Source of the DNA: Schmidtea polychroa
Lineage: Eukaryota
Direction of reading: 5' to 3'
NCBI GenBank assembly: GCA_044892525.1
Contig: CM097886.1
Span: 15,810,001 to 15,874,000 of the forward strand
DNA length: 64,000 nt
A program made the position numbers and the translations under genes. The notes beneath the pieces were generated by a model. That model saw nothing but the letters and a program-made list of their open reading frames with translations. It made no database searches and was not told where the DNA came from. Positions 13,386 to 25,166 of the stretch are shown here, one piece after another; the stretch's first letter is position 1, and every line of letters starts with the position of its first letter.

Positions 13386-15374
13386 CAGGAGCGCAATTAG
13401 CCACCCTGCAAAACCTGCAGCTGCAGAGTTAAAGTGGACTACAATTTATGGGCCAATACATTTCTATGTTAAGAATATAGCAATTTGTCAAAATATTTGT
13501 GTATACGGGAATGAAGTCACTTCAAAATATTTGACCGTCTTTCTATATAATGACATCGGAGCAACATTGTTTGTGAATTTTACCAGTGGGTGTGTATCAA
13601 TTTCATATGTAAGTTGGAAGGCCCAGAACGAACTCATTTCAATAATTTCCAACAGAGTCAAAAGTTAACTCTGATAAGTTAAAGAATCTAAGTATATTGC
13701 AGTAATAATGGATTGCACACCAGATACAAGCCATCAAGAGCAACTTTGTGTATGCCTGAGACACGTGAAATGCAAACGCTATGTAAGAGTGACAGTTAAA
13801 GACCATTTCACCGGATTCCGTAATGTGAAAGATTCTACTAGACAAGGATTGCTTCAAGTATTTAACATCATCTTACAAACAAATCACAATTATCCCTTAA
13901 AGATATTTGAGCTCGGTGTTTTGATAATGGAGCCAATAAGAGGGCAAAGTCATCAGGTATACAGGCTCACCTGCTGCAGTTGAACAGGAAAGCTCTTTTT
14001 CATCCATGTGCAGCCATTCAATCAACCTTATAGTCTGTGACGCCGCCAAATCTTCACTGGAGTCATTTTCCTTCTTTGGAACGCTGCAACAATTATAGAC
14101 GATATTCGCCTCTTCTGTTTAACGTTGGGATATCTTGAAAAGGCACCTAAAAGATTTTACTTTGAAACCCTTGACTGACACACATTGGGAGTGTCGTATT
14201 GAAAGCACAAAACCTGCCCGATTTCAAACCCCATAACTTCATAAAGCTATTTTAGAACTATGTGATCATGTTGTGCGGATGAAGGGATGTATGACAACAA
14301 GTGATTCTCAGAGCTTTGCGAATAAAGGGGCATCCTGGAAATTTTTTTTTGTGCCTCGTTTCCTGGCATGAATTTCTTTCTCAAATGAATCGACCTAGTA
14401 AGATTCTGCAAAGTTTTTCGATCGGACTTGATATTCTCCAGCGTGAATTAAAAGCTGTCAGCAAATTTTTGCAGTATTTCCTTAAATGTGACTTTGAAGA
14501 TGCTGAAAGAGAGGCTAAGGAAATTGCAGAAGCTATGCACGTTCCCTTGTAGTTTGAAACATAGTGAGTCAGACGCACCAAAACACAGTTTGACTATGAA
14601 CATGCAGATGAAATTCCATTAAATAGAAAATTGAAGCTGAGGTTATAGTTTATATCGTTCTCACCGAAGAGGCATTAGTGAGCCTGGAAGAAAAGTTTTC
14701 ACATATGGCAAATCATGTCAGGATCTTTGGATTTTTGACTAATAGACGTGCAATGTCCAGCTGTTTTGAAAATGGTGAACTGTCCAAGTACTCTAAAATA
14801 TTCACTGAAGCAATGGAAGATGTTGATGATGAAGATCTCCAACGTGAAATTACCTGTTTCTTTGCAGCATAACCAGAAGAAAACAATGCTATGGGCATGT
14901 TGGAGTTCATTTACAAAATGAATGTGATCAACTTGTATTTAAATGTGTTTTTGCTTTGCGTGCATTCTTGACAATTTCAGTCACTGTGGCTTCTGGAAAA
15001 AATATTATCAACTTTAAAGCAGATTAAAAGTTATCTCCGCTCAAAAATCTCAGGAGCGTTTAAATGGTGTAGCTACTATCGCCATTGAAAATGAAGTCAG
15101 TCGTGATCTTGACTACTCTCAACTGATAAATGATTTCATGTCACTCAAATGTCACATGCTAAGTATTTGATCTCAATATATTTGTTATCTCCTGATCATA
15201 GTCTTTTATAGAACATTAAAAAACTGGGAATCTCCTATTGAAACAATAACTACATACAAATGTCATGCATTTTGGATCCTTAAGGTAAATCGAACTGTTT
15301 GTTTATTGACTTAGTAGGAATAGAAGACTGTTTTGTGAAATTCACAGGCCTAAAAAAACCTAGTTGCGGCCCTG
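13386..15374 (+). mobile_element. Degenerate hAT transposon (ZMYM1-like/Tip clade)
   Basis: TIRs CAGGAGCGCAATTAG and CTAGTTGCGGCCCTG. TSD CTCCTATG/CTCCTACG. Multi-stop transposase remnants MDCTPDTSHQEQL, HWECRIES and ERLNGVATIAIENE. Confidence 0.88.
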
Positions 15375-15719
15375 CTCCTACGGACGTACATTAAAATACG
15401 AAATTGGAAATACAAAAAGTATTCTAGAGATGAAAACCTTAAAATTAATTAAATTCAAATTCTTAATAAAATTGTAATTTATCAAAAAATATTTTCAAGC
15501 ATCATTAACGACTAATAAATACACTTGACAACTTAATATTTAAAATTAGATTGTTTATATCTAGAAAATAAACAAAGTTATCTGAAAGATGAACGGAGTT
15601 ATCTGGCAGATAACGAGACTTAATTTGAGGATAATGATTACCCCAAGTACCATGTTGGAGATGTTTCAAATGAGTTCTACAATGAATAAATATCTTAATT
15701 TTTTTTTACTTTTCTTACT

Positions 15720-15815
15720 TCGACTTATACACGGGTTTCCAATTTATGACAAAAAATAACTCAAAAATGTCACTTCGACTTATACTTGAGTCGACTTATA
15801 GTCGAATATATACGA
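15720..15815. mobile_element. Terminal fragment of a pogo/Tigger-like element
   Basis: Three TCGACTTATA motifs ending GTCGAATATATACG, resembling this superfamily's right end. Confidence 0.45.
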
Positions 15816-15921
15816 TAATTTCAGCCTTCTATAATAACATATAAATTGCGTATAACGTAATTTACAAATTTATTTTTATAATGTAAAACCATTTTATTAG
15901 ATACTGATAACGAGGAGAATA

Positions 15922-16289
15922 TTCGATGGGACCATGTTGTGAATTTCAAAGAAAAAATGACTCAAGCTAATGATTATGCAGTAGATAAAACGGATTTGAA
16001 TTTAAAGTCTTTTGCTATTTGGTCAGATTATATAAATTTCTTAAAATCAACACGTCAAATCTATCATCGGGCTATTGTTACTCTGTTGGTAGGTATTGAG
16101 ACAATTTGGAGAGATTATAATGCTTTCGAAACTTCTATTGATAGCGTCATCACTAAGAAATTTATCGAAGAGAGAAGTCGGGATTATATAAACACAAGGC
16201 GAGTTGCAGGCGAATTTGGAGTTGGGATTTCAAAAGATGGTTTAATTCGAGAACAGGTTTTGTTGGCTTATAAATTTGGAGTCCAGTAA
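15922..16289 (+). pseudogene. CSTF3: Intronless fragment of cleavage stimulation factor 77 kDa (suppressor of forked, HAT repeats)
   Basis: FKEKMTQANDYAVDK..FAIWSDYINFLK..RQIYHRA..IETIWRDYNAFE..KFIEERSRDYINTRRVA matches CstF-77 as recalled (YKEKMAQAYDFALDK..IWVDYINFLK..LWRDYNKYE..IEDRSRDYMNARRVA). Only about 110 aa are present, with an internal deletion. Confidence 0.8.
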
Positions 16290-16799
16290 ATAAAAATTGA
16301 TTATTTGTTTTGATATACTACAATAATAATAATAATATTAATAATAATAACTTCCGCGCACGTAATAACCCTTTGAAAGACATTTAAAATGAGCCATCGT
16401 TCAATAAAATCCATTGGCGGGAGCTCTCAAAATTTAAAATTCACAATTTGAGCATGACTCATCAAAAATCCATGTCACCTCCAGCTCACTTAATAATATT
16501 TTATTGATGAGTCATCATTTGACCTTGAATAAGTCCTTGGATTAGTCATGTCCTTTGTTTCAATGACCTTGAATGACTCACACGACCTTGAATGACCTTG
16601 ATGAGTCATCAGATTAGTGTTTAAAATTTGACCTTGAAATTTTTTTTTTAATTTCCTTCCATGGGAAGAGGGTATGTGATCTGGCGGTGACATATCCATT
16701 TACTTATATTATATCGAACAAAAGTAATTGGAGTGAATCCAATTTATTTATTACTGATAGAAAAGGGTAAAAAATATCATTAATGCTGCAGTAACTAAC

Positions 16800-17790
16800 T
16801 TGCAAAATTGACGAATTGTCATTTTAGTAGAGTGTAATGTTCATATTCGCTGTCTGTGGTGTGAAAATTGTTTAAACGAATTTTGAGAACACAAATCATT
16901 TTAAAAACATCAAGAATTATGCAAGAAAAATCAATTGGGTACAACATTGTATACATTACCCGAGATTAAAAATTTGGTATTAAAAGATTGGTATGGAATG
17001 AAAAGAATTGTACCACATTATTAGATTATATCATGGTATATTTCAAACTGATTTATTTCAATAATTTTGAGCTAAGTCGTTAGCTCATAACCGATTGGAA
17101 CCTTTGAATTTCTTTGGAATTCGCGGTAGGTCATGGAATTCGGCAATAATGACTTTAGATCAACTCATTGAATTATTTCAAAACACGGAAATGTATAATT
17201 TCTATGAAGGTGGAATTTGTGGTGGTGTGACATTTGTCAATTAACATAACGTAGAAATATATATAATATATAATATAGAAATCAATAATCTTAATGAAAG
17301 GGCTTTAAGTCAAAGTTTACCCTGTGGAGATTTCAGTTAAATTCATGACAACCTTGATAGTATTTTGGAAGATTACCCTTTTTGACAGAATCGCATTAGT
17401 ATGGATATACCATAGAAATTTATTTAGAAATACCGAATGAACTTCATGAACTTTAGGATGATTTTCCAATAGTTGACGAAAAGAAGTGCGTATCAAAAGT
17501 GGAGAAATTATTGTTGACACATTATCCAAAGTAGAGTTATGAAGTGCATTGACGATTACTGTAAATATATCTAATGTTAGGGTTAGAAATTGTAAATATT
17601 CATCGGGATATCAGATTCAGCCAAGATCATCTTTTCAAAGAGTATATCGATACTAACACCAAACTCAGAGCTGAATTAACAAATAATTTGGATAAAAATT
17701 ATAACAAACTGTATAATAATAGTCTATACGGCTAAACTTTTTATAGAAAAAGAATGAACTTAATTGTGTAATAATCAACAGAAAATGATT
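16800..17790 (+). pseudogene. Polinton/Maverick protein-primed DNA polymerase B remnant
   Basis: Broken frames read RSWNSAI, EMYNFYEGGICGGV, SQSLPCGDF and FKEYIDTNTKLRAE..KLYNNSLYG (polB motif B, KxxxNSxYG). Confidence 0.8.
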
Positions 17791-18435
17791 ACATACACTT
17801 CACAGCCAACTTTCTGAAAAAGTAAAAACATTGTGGATTATTTAATTGAAGCGATTCCGAATAAAGAATCAGTATATCAGTATATCAGACTGTTCCTGTC
17901 TGCAAACGTTTTAATTCTTTTTCCAGTATATTTATCTTTATCAAAATATATACATCTATACATTGCGATCAACTAATATTTACGAGGATTGGAAATAGTA
18001 TATGCTATGCCGTTAGAGACTGATAACGAGGAGAATAGCTAATCTATTTGCAATGTATCTTTTTCTTCTCCATATTCTCTTTGTTTCTGGTAAATATATA
18101 ATTATTCATATTCACCGGTAATTCTTTCGCCTTGCGTTATTATACCTTTAATCCAATATTATACTCCGTCTAAATAGTTGAATTTGTCCTACCTATCGAT
18201 CCGCTCCTGAATGTCTTAGATCGGCCATTAATAGTTTAAAGTTGATGGTGATTTGATTTTGAAAAGAACGGTATTTTTATTCCAAACCCTTCATTACAGT
18301 TTTGACTTGAAAGATATGTTAGGTTCGATGGGTATGTCTTCGAACTAACACAAAAACGTTCTATCTGACTCCAAGTAAATAATTTATGCGTGTAGGTAAA
18401 TAAATAAATAAGATAATATGTTTTAAATCTTTATT

Positions 18436-18608
18436 NNNNNNNNNNNNNNNNNNNNNNNNNNNNNNNNNNNNNNNNNNNNNNNNNNNNNNNNNNNNNNNNN
18501 NNNNNNNNNNNNNNNNNNNNNNNNNNNNNNNNNNNNNNNNNNNNNNNNNNNNNNNNNNNNNNNNNNNNNNNNNNNNNNNNNNNNNNNNNNNNNNNNNNNN
18601 NNNNNNNN
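18436..18608. other. Assembly gap (others at 26251-26451, 29223-29389, 33229-33380, 41289-41462, 50576-50757)
   Basis: Runs of N. Confidence 0.99.
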
Positions 18609-21010
18609 ATAAGTACAGATAACGGTTATACAAACCGCCCTAAAGAGTATTACTAAGGATCAAGGCTGGCCCTAAATGTGCCAACAGCCCGATATAGGTG
18701 AAAGGAAAAGAGATAGGGAATATCACCAAATTTTACGCGATAGAGTCAACCCAGAAATTGGTTAACTCTTTTTCAAATGAATATAACGATACAACACAAA
18801 AATACGTGCTGAAGTTATGGTATCCCTTTAATATTAAAGTAATTTAATTAGATAAAATATATATATATATATAATATATGTCAAAAAAACAATAACAATA
18901 CTAACTATATAATATTCCAAAGCAAAATAAACCACAGATGGGTTGTTGAGCTTGCTAAAAATCTATCCTTCTTTTTTCTTTAATTAATACTCCAATAGAT
19001 ATTGGAGATAAGTGTTTGAATAATTGATACGAAAATTCCAAAATATTTGTTAATATATTCCAATCGATAATTGTCTATCAAATCGCTAACGAGAAAATCT
19101 GTAGCTATTTATAATAATTTCTTTCAATTAATTCGCAATCTTTTCTATCGCATCCTATTTTTCCGTCCCTATAATCTGATTTTTATCTACTATTTATATG
19201 AATTTTATTTAACCTAATTCTATTAATAGTAATTGTTTAATTACTATTTTTATTATATTTTTTAAATAATTCCTATAATTCTATTTTTAGTAATTATTTA
19301 TTACTAATTATATTTTAGTTTTAATTTTAGTGTTTAATTTCTATTTTAGGTAATTTTTAAATACTATTTCTATTATACTTCTAATTAATTATTATTTAAT
19401 TTCGAACCTTCAATTCCGGTTCCTACTGAACCCCAACAGATACTCAAACCAAGTTTTTTCATACCCTTTAGCCTAATATAAATGTGGTAAAACTCCCCTT
19501 GCAATATCAAATTTGTGCGTTTTCGTTCGTGCTTAAAATTTAGTTTCACTTTGGCCTTTACTTATATTGGGATAAGCCACTTTTACTTTTGATTGTGCCA
19601 CCTGAATTTTTTTAATCTGAAAACCCTTCACTTATGACATTTATATCTGCAACGGTGTTAAATATTGCTTTTACCCTTTTTCCCTACCTTGCTATTATTA
19701 ACGTAAATCAATGTTAAATAATAAAAGTATAGAAAATATAAAATAATTACTAAAAATAGACTTGTACTATTTAGGCAATTCTTTGGACCCAATGACCTAA
19801 AATAGAAATAAATTAGGAACTATAACTATTTATAGTAAAAATCCCCGAAATTGATAAATTTAAATCATTATAAAAACCCCGAAATAATTCAGAAAGAGGA
19901 CGGTAAATAATTTTAAAAATCTAAAACTGCACAAATTATGATAGTAAGGTTCAAAACCCCGATATGTTAGTAAAGTGTAGTGAATCCAATAAATAATTCC
20001 AAGGTTCCTCATAATGAGAAACTTTCCAACTTATAACTTTTAATATGAAAGATTTAAAAAAATTGTAATTTTAGGAACTGTTGAAAGGTGACTGAAAATT
20101 TACACGATAAATTTTAGTATTTTTTTCGCAGGAATTTCAGACGAAATTCGACATTTATCATGAGAATAATCTCATTGGTATATTCTGACAATATAATTGT
20201 ATAAATAAATTAGCATTTATTATAATTGCACATCCAGACATTTAGTAGCTTTCGATTTCAAGTGACAGAAAAAAAACCGGCATTTAAAACAAAACCTTAA
20301 TTTTGCGCTCGTTCGCAATTTATATTTGTTTTCAACTCTGCGTTTGCAAATACGCAGCACTTTTTCTAATCGATAAAACGAAATAAATTTCATAAAATTT
20401 ACAGAATTATGCTCCAATGTTGAAATCTGAACGTCACTGTTGAGATTGATATGCACACACAAAAATTGAATATCGCTGTGATTTGATTGGCTGATGTCAG
20501 TTTAAGAATTTTAAAATTAAATTTGTCATTCATCTGATGATTAATTTAATTACATTTTATTTAATTGTAATTAAAATATTTATAATTTTGCAGATACTTT
20601 TGTTAAAAAGTATGTTCGAAACTTGCAGCATTATTTTAATATTTATCCTCCTCTTTTCAAATACCCATCATTTCATAGAAATTACATTAATTTAAAAGAT
20701 AATAAAATTGTTTAAATTGTTTTAATAACGTCAAAGTCTATTAGCGTATGAATCAGAGTTTCTCACAGATTTTTGTGGGGTCAAAATATTTCACCAAATG
20801 TCACGTAAAATTGAATTTGATACAATTATTTTTAAATGATTTTATAGTCACATTATTAGAACAGTTAGGTTACAGAGAAATGGATGTTCGAAATGATAGT
20901 ACTTTTGATTGTACCAGAAATTGTTTGATTGAGTAACAAGAATATTTAGGAGAGACTAGAAATTTAAACGTCGTAAGATGTTTGTAATGTGGCATAGATT
21001 AATAATAATG

Positions 21011-21050
<40 letters not shown>

Positions 21051-21299
21051 AAGAGCTTCTTTTGATTTTCAACTCTGATTTCTTCTCATTTTTAATTGAC
21101 ATTAAATTTATTATAAAAATTGACAATGAATCAGTAAAGATATCGATGTTTTTTTATATTAATGAATTTTCGGCACACCCTATTTCTTAGTATCTATTGA
21201 TTTTAGAAAAAATTGGAAAAAATTAATTTAGTATTTATAATATTGTTAAATAATATTGAGTTTTAAATTATTTGATTTGAATTTTAGAAGTTTTAAATG

Positions 21300-22130
21300 T
21301 CCCTGAAATTTAAATTAGTTGAACGTTGATGGATGGTTTGTAATTTTGATAATAATAGTTACTGCGGAATATTTCTGTAATGAATTTTCGAACACTTCTT
21401 GTGGTATTTGGCATTTTGTTTCGTGTAAGAGTGGTGCTGTTTTGTGTGCTTTTTCCCATTGTTCGTGATAATTACTGGTTTTGTTTTTAATGTGTTTGGA
21501 ATGTTTTATGTGTTTCCCCTATGTATGTTGCGTCACATCTTGTGCAAGTAATTTGATATACAATGTTTTTCGAAAAGCAAAAACATTTGGTAGACGAGCA
21601 GCAGAGACAATCTCGATCAAAAACGTTTGATGTTGGAAATTTTTTAGATTTCCGAAGTTGTGATTTTAAAGGTGTAGCAGTGATGAAGGTTGAACGAATA
21701 TGTACTGGCAGATCTGTATTGCAGATGAAAGATCTGATTTTAATATATGTCTTATTGTTTAAGGAAGAGAAGCTTAGATATATTACTGGTTTGTTGACGT
21801 GCTTCTTTGGTGTGTTCTGACTATTGGAGCTGTATTCATTTAAAAAGTATTTCTCTACGAACTGTTTTGGGTATCCATTTTGCAAAAAACGTATTTTAAA
21901 GTTTTCAAGGGTTTCTTGTTTTTTTGTTGTCAGAACAGTTTATTATTGCACTTTTTCTCTCTACTTTTAATAGTGCGATTTTTCATTGGAGTGGCACGTG
22001 ACTTTCCAAAGGAAAAATGTGTCCACTGTGTAGACTTTTAGTGAAAAAATCTGCGTTGAAAGTGAGTGTGTCGGACCTTCAGAGGAACTTATCAAGGTAT
22101 CTAATAAAGAAATTTTGCCTTCAGTTAGAA
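21300..22130 (-). mobile_element. 5'-truncated Penelope-like retroelement (RT thumb plus GIY-YIG endonuclease)
   Basis: ISLLDTLI..QNGYPKQFV..CFSKNIVYQITCTRCDATYIGETHKTF, with stops and frameshifts. Confidence 0.85.
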
Positions 22131-22746
22131 GCAATAATAATAATAATAATAATTTTGTAGAAGTCATCATTTAGTATCGAAACCATATTATTTACTATGA
22201 CTATTAAACAAAAAATTCTTATCAATTATTTTATGTCTAATATTTAACATTGGAGGAAATATTCGTTATGAGGAAATTTTATTATGGGCAATAATTTAAT
22301 TATGTAAATAAGATAGTTCAACAAATTCATACCTCTTATATGTTCGAATTTTTTTTATTTTTGTATAATATAATTAAATCACAACCAAAAATATCTTAGT
22401 GTGAAAATAATTGACTTTCTTGTCATTGATTTAGTACCACCAGTATTTTATCATGGGGATCTACTTTCACATATAAATCCTGTTTTTTGAAAATTCGATT
22501 TTGTTGGCTTTTCTCATTCTTTACTCACCTAATTGTTCTTAATCACTTAACAATTTTATGTTTGATTTCCACATTTTCTTCTTTCAGAACGATTCTGAAC
22601 ATTTTCTAATTGATTCGTTTTTACAATGTTGTGTCTCATAATCTATTCTATTCCTAAAGTTTTTCTGAAATTAAATTCGAAAAATCAATTACTTATTGAT
22701 TTTTACAAATTCGTCTGTATTCATTAATCAAATTTTATACTTTCCC

Positions 22747-22999
22747 CAGTGGCGGAACTTCAAAATTTGGCCCCCCGCGCAATGTAAAATATTTCCACTT
22801 AAATTTTTTGGTTAAAGTTTAATACATAGTTATTCACAGCAGCGCTATTCAATGATAGATTTATGTTTGTAGGCAAATAAAACTGCGGAAAAAAGTTTCA
22901 GAAAATGATTGTAAATATATTTTTAGTAATAATTTTGGGCCCCCTATAGTTGGTGGGCCCTCGCAACGCAAGGTCCTGCGTCCACTAGTTACGCCACTG
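22747..22999. mobile_element. hAT MITE (253 bp)
   Basis: TIRs CAGTGGCGGAACT and AGTTACGCCACTG. Perfect 8-bp TSD ACTTTCCC. Confidence 0.88.
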
Positions 23000-24171
23000 A
23001 CTTTCCCTAAACTCTGTGATAATTCAATTAAGAAATGTAATTGTTTTAATATTGTCACTTTCGCAAAATGGCAGTATTCGAAAAACATTTCGTATAATTG
23101 GAAATAAATATTAATCTCGCGAATATTTCTTCACACTGTTTACATTATATTTATTTCTCCTATCAAATATGTCAATCATAACATTTCATTCCATATTTAC
23201 TTTAATTTACCAAACCAAATACTACAAAGCTGACAGGACATTTTCTGTGTTACTTTATTCAACTCGTGTTACATGGCAGTAGAATAAAGAGCAGTAAATA
23301 TGAGTAAAACATAAAATTAGATAATGTCATCTTTCTGTTATAAAATGTGTTATTTAATGGTAAACTAATGTTCAGTCATTGCGGTAAACGATCGGCATCC
23401 GAATAATAGGGGACAATGGCGTCTTTTCCTGAGACTTATGTGCGTTTCAATGGTCATTAATGACATCTTTTCTTACCTGAGCAATTATTATTCAAATGTA
23501 CTTTTAATGAATAAAAATTTTTACATATCGATAATTCAGAGAGCTGTAGACATTGAAATCGACTGGTCGTGCACTTGTACAAAATATAACAGTGAAAACC
23601 GCAATGTCTTACATTTATTGTAATGTTTTCATTAATAGAATTACGCTCTAATATTCATTCATTCGTCTTGAAATTGCTTAGATATGTAACAAAATGGCAT
23701 CCCTTGGCCTTATGTATATGCAATTATGATTAAACATATTTAATTCATTACATCGCCTAATGTATAATGATTTAATATGAGCTTATTCCGAAAAAAATTT
23801 TTAAGTGAAATTTTAATAATATATTTAGTAAAAATAAGTGTACAACAACAACAGTTAATAAAAGCAAACTGACATCATGAAACACTAAAAAATAAAGTGG
23901 CCAAAACATGTCGTATTTCCCATGAACGGTGATCGCCTATGTCTGTAATTCTCAGGGCAAATAGCAACAGCAATAACAGCGGGGATCGGAAACTAATTTG
24001 TGCCAAATTAACGGCAACTATTATTATTAGTATGACGTAACGGAAATTATAAACAAATTTACTGTCAATTTGTGTATTATAGAGAATAATGATGAAATCG
24101 GTGGGCAAAACTATGAAACTATACGATTAATAGGAAATCATTCCATTGGTATAAGCATAAATGAACAATCA

Positions 24172-24451
24172 TTAATTTGTTGTGATCCCTAGATCCATCA
24201 GCATGGACTCCAGCTCTCTGATACATCTCTGATTATTGGGTACATTATCATATTGTCCGCTCGCTGTGTTTGCCAGGGGACGGTTCAGACTGTAAGAAGA
24301 GGTAAATTTTGAATTGGACGATGAGTTTGGAATTGGACTGTTTTGGGCTGAATATGAGCCTAACTGAGCAGTTCGTTGCTCGTAAGATGGTATATTATCA
24401 TATATCACAGCTCGAGAATGACTATCATCCTAAAATTATTATTGTTATTAA

Positions 24452-24534
<83 letters not shown>

Positions 24535-25108
24535 TTGATATTGTAATTTAAATAATTGGCATTATCCGGTATCAGAAAATCACAGTTTGTAAGTAGGCTA
24601 TTAAGTATCAAAGCAGTGTGCCTCTTGAACAATTAACGATAAATGAATTTTAAATTGTCCTTAATTAAATTGATTTCGAATTCTGATGATGTCATTGAAC
24701 ACACTCAAAAATGACGAGGTTACATAACACGTATACTAGTATGCTGGTATTTATCTACTAGTAGAATTGGTGTCGATGTCAAAAGCATCATTGTCTACTA
24801 ATTCCAGAAATATTATAGCATGCTTTGCTTGAGTGTGTGCTGAAAACGCCCGCATTTGTTGAATTTCTATTTGAGCACTGCACAACTCAAAATCAATTTT
24901 CACTGACGAATTTTTTGTAATTGGAATTCGAACTTTGCTCAATGATATCTTTGATTTTCTAAACGTGTCATTGTACTACTATCAAGCGATAACCGTTGAG
25001 GATAAGAGGAGGGGTGTACGGGTCTCAAATCAAATCAAATAAACCTTAATTAAGGCATACATACACAAATGTCTTTAGGTTACAATTACAATTAATTACA
25101 ATTATAAA

Positions 25109-25166
<58 letters not shown>

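Noticed and set aside
16800-17790. Polymerase remnant as a horizontally acquired viral or bacterial gene
   Set aside because: It is multiply disrupted and best explained as an endogenous Polinton relic, common in invertebrate genomes.
18361-18633. ORFs containing long X runs (also 26186, 26211, 33162, 33210, 41275, 50435, 50558)
   Set aside because: Artefacts of reading through N gaps.
18040-19750. Possible further retroelement or Polinton ORF remnants
   Set aside because: No diagnostic motif could be read in any frame, so the region is left unannotated.
24309-24632. Poly-Ile/Ser and poly-Thr/Asn ORFs
   Set aside because: Translations of (TTA)n(GTA)n microsatellites. The same applies to 47402-47793 and 54761-55292.
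24751-24942. ORF MSKVRIPITK.. as an additional Dok-like exon
   Set aside because: Exon 25804-25186 joins 24429 in phase without it, and I found no compatible splice pair. It cannot be fully excluded without RNA data.
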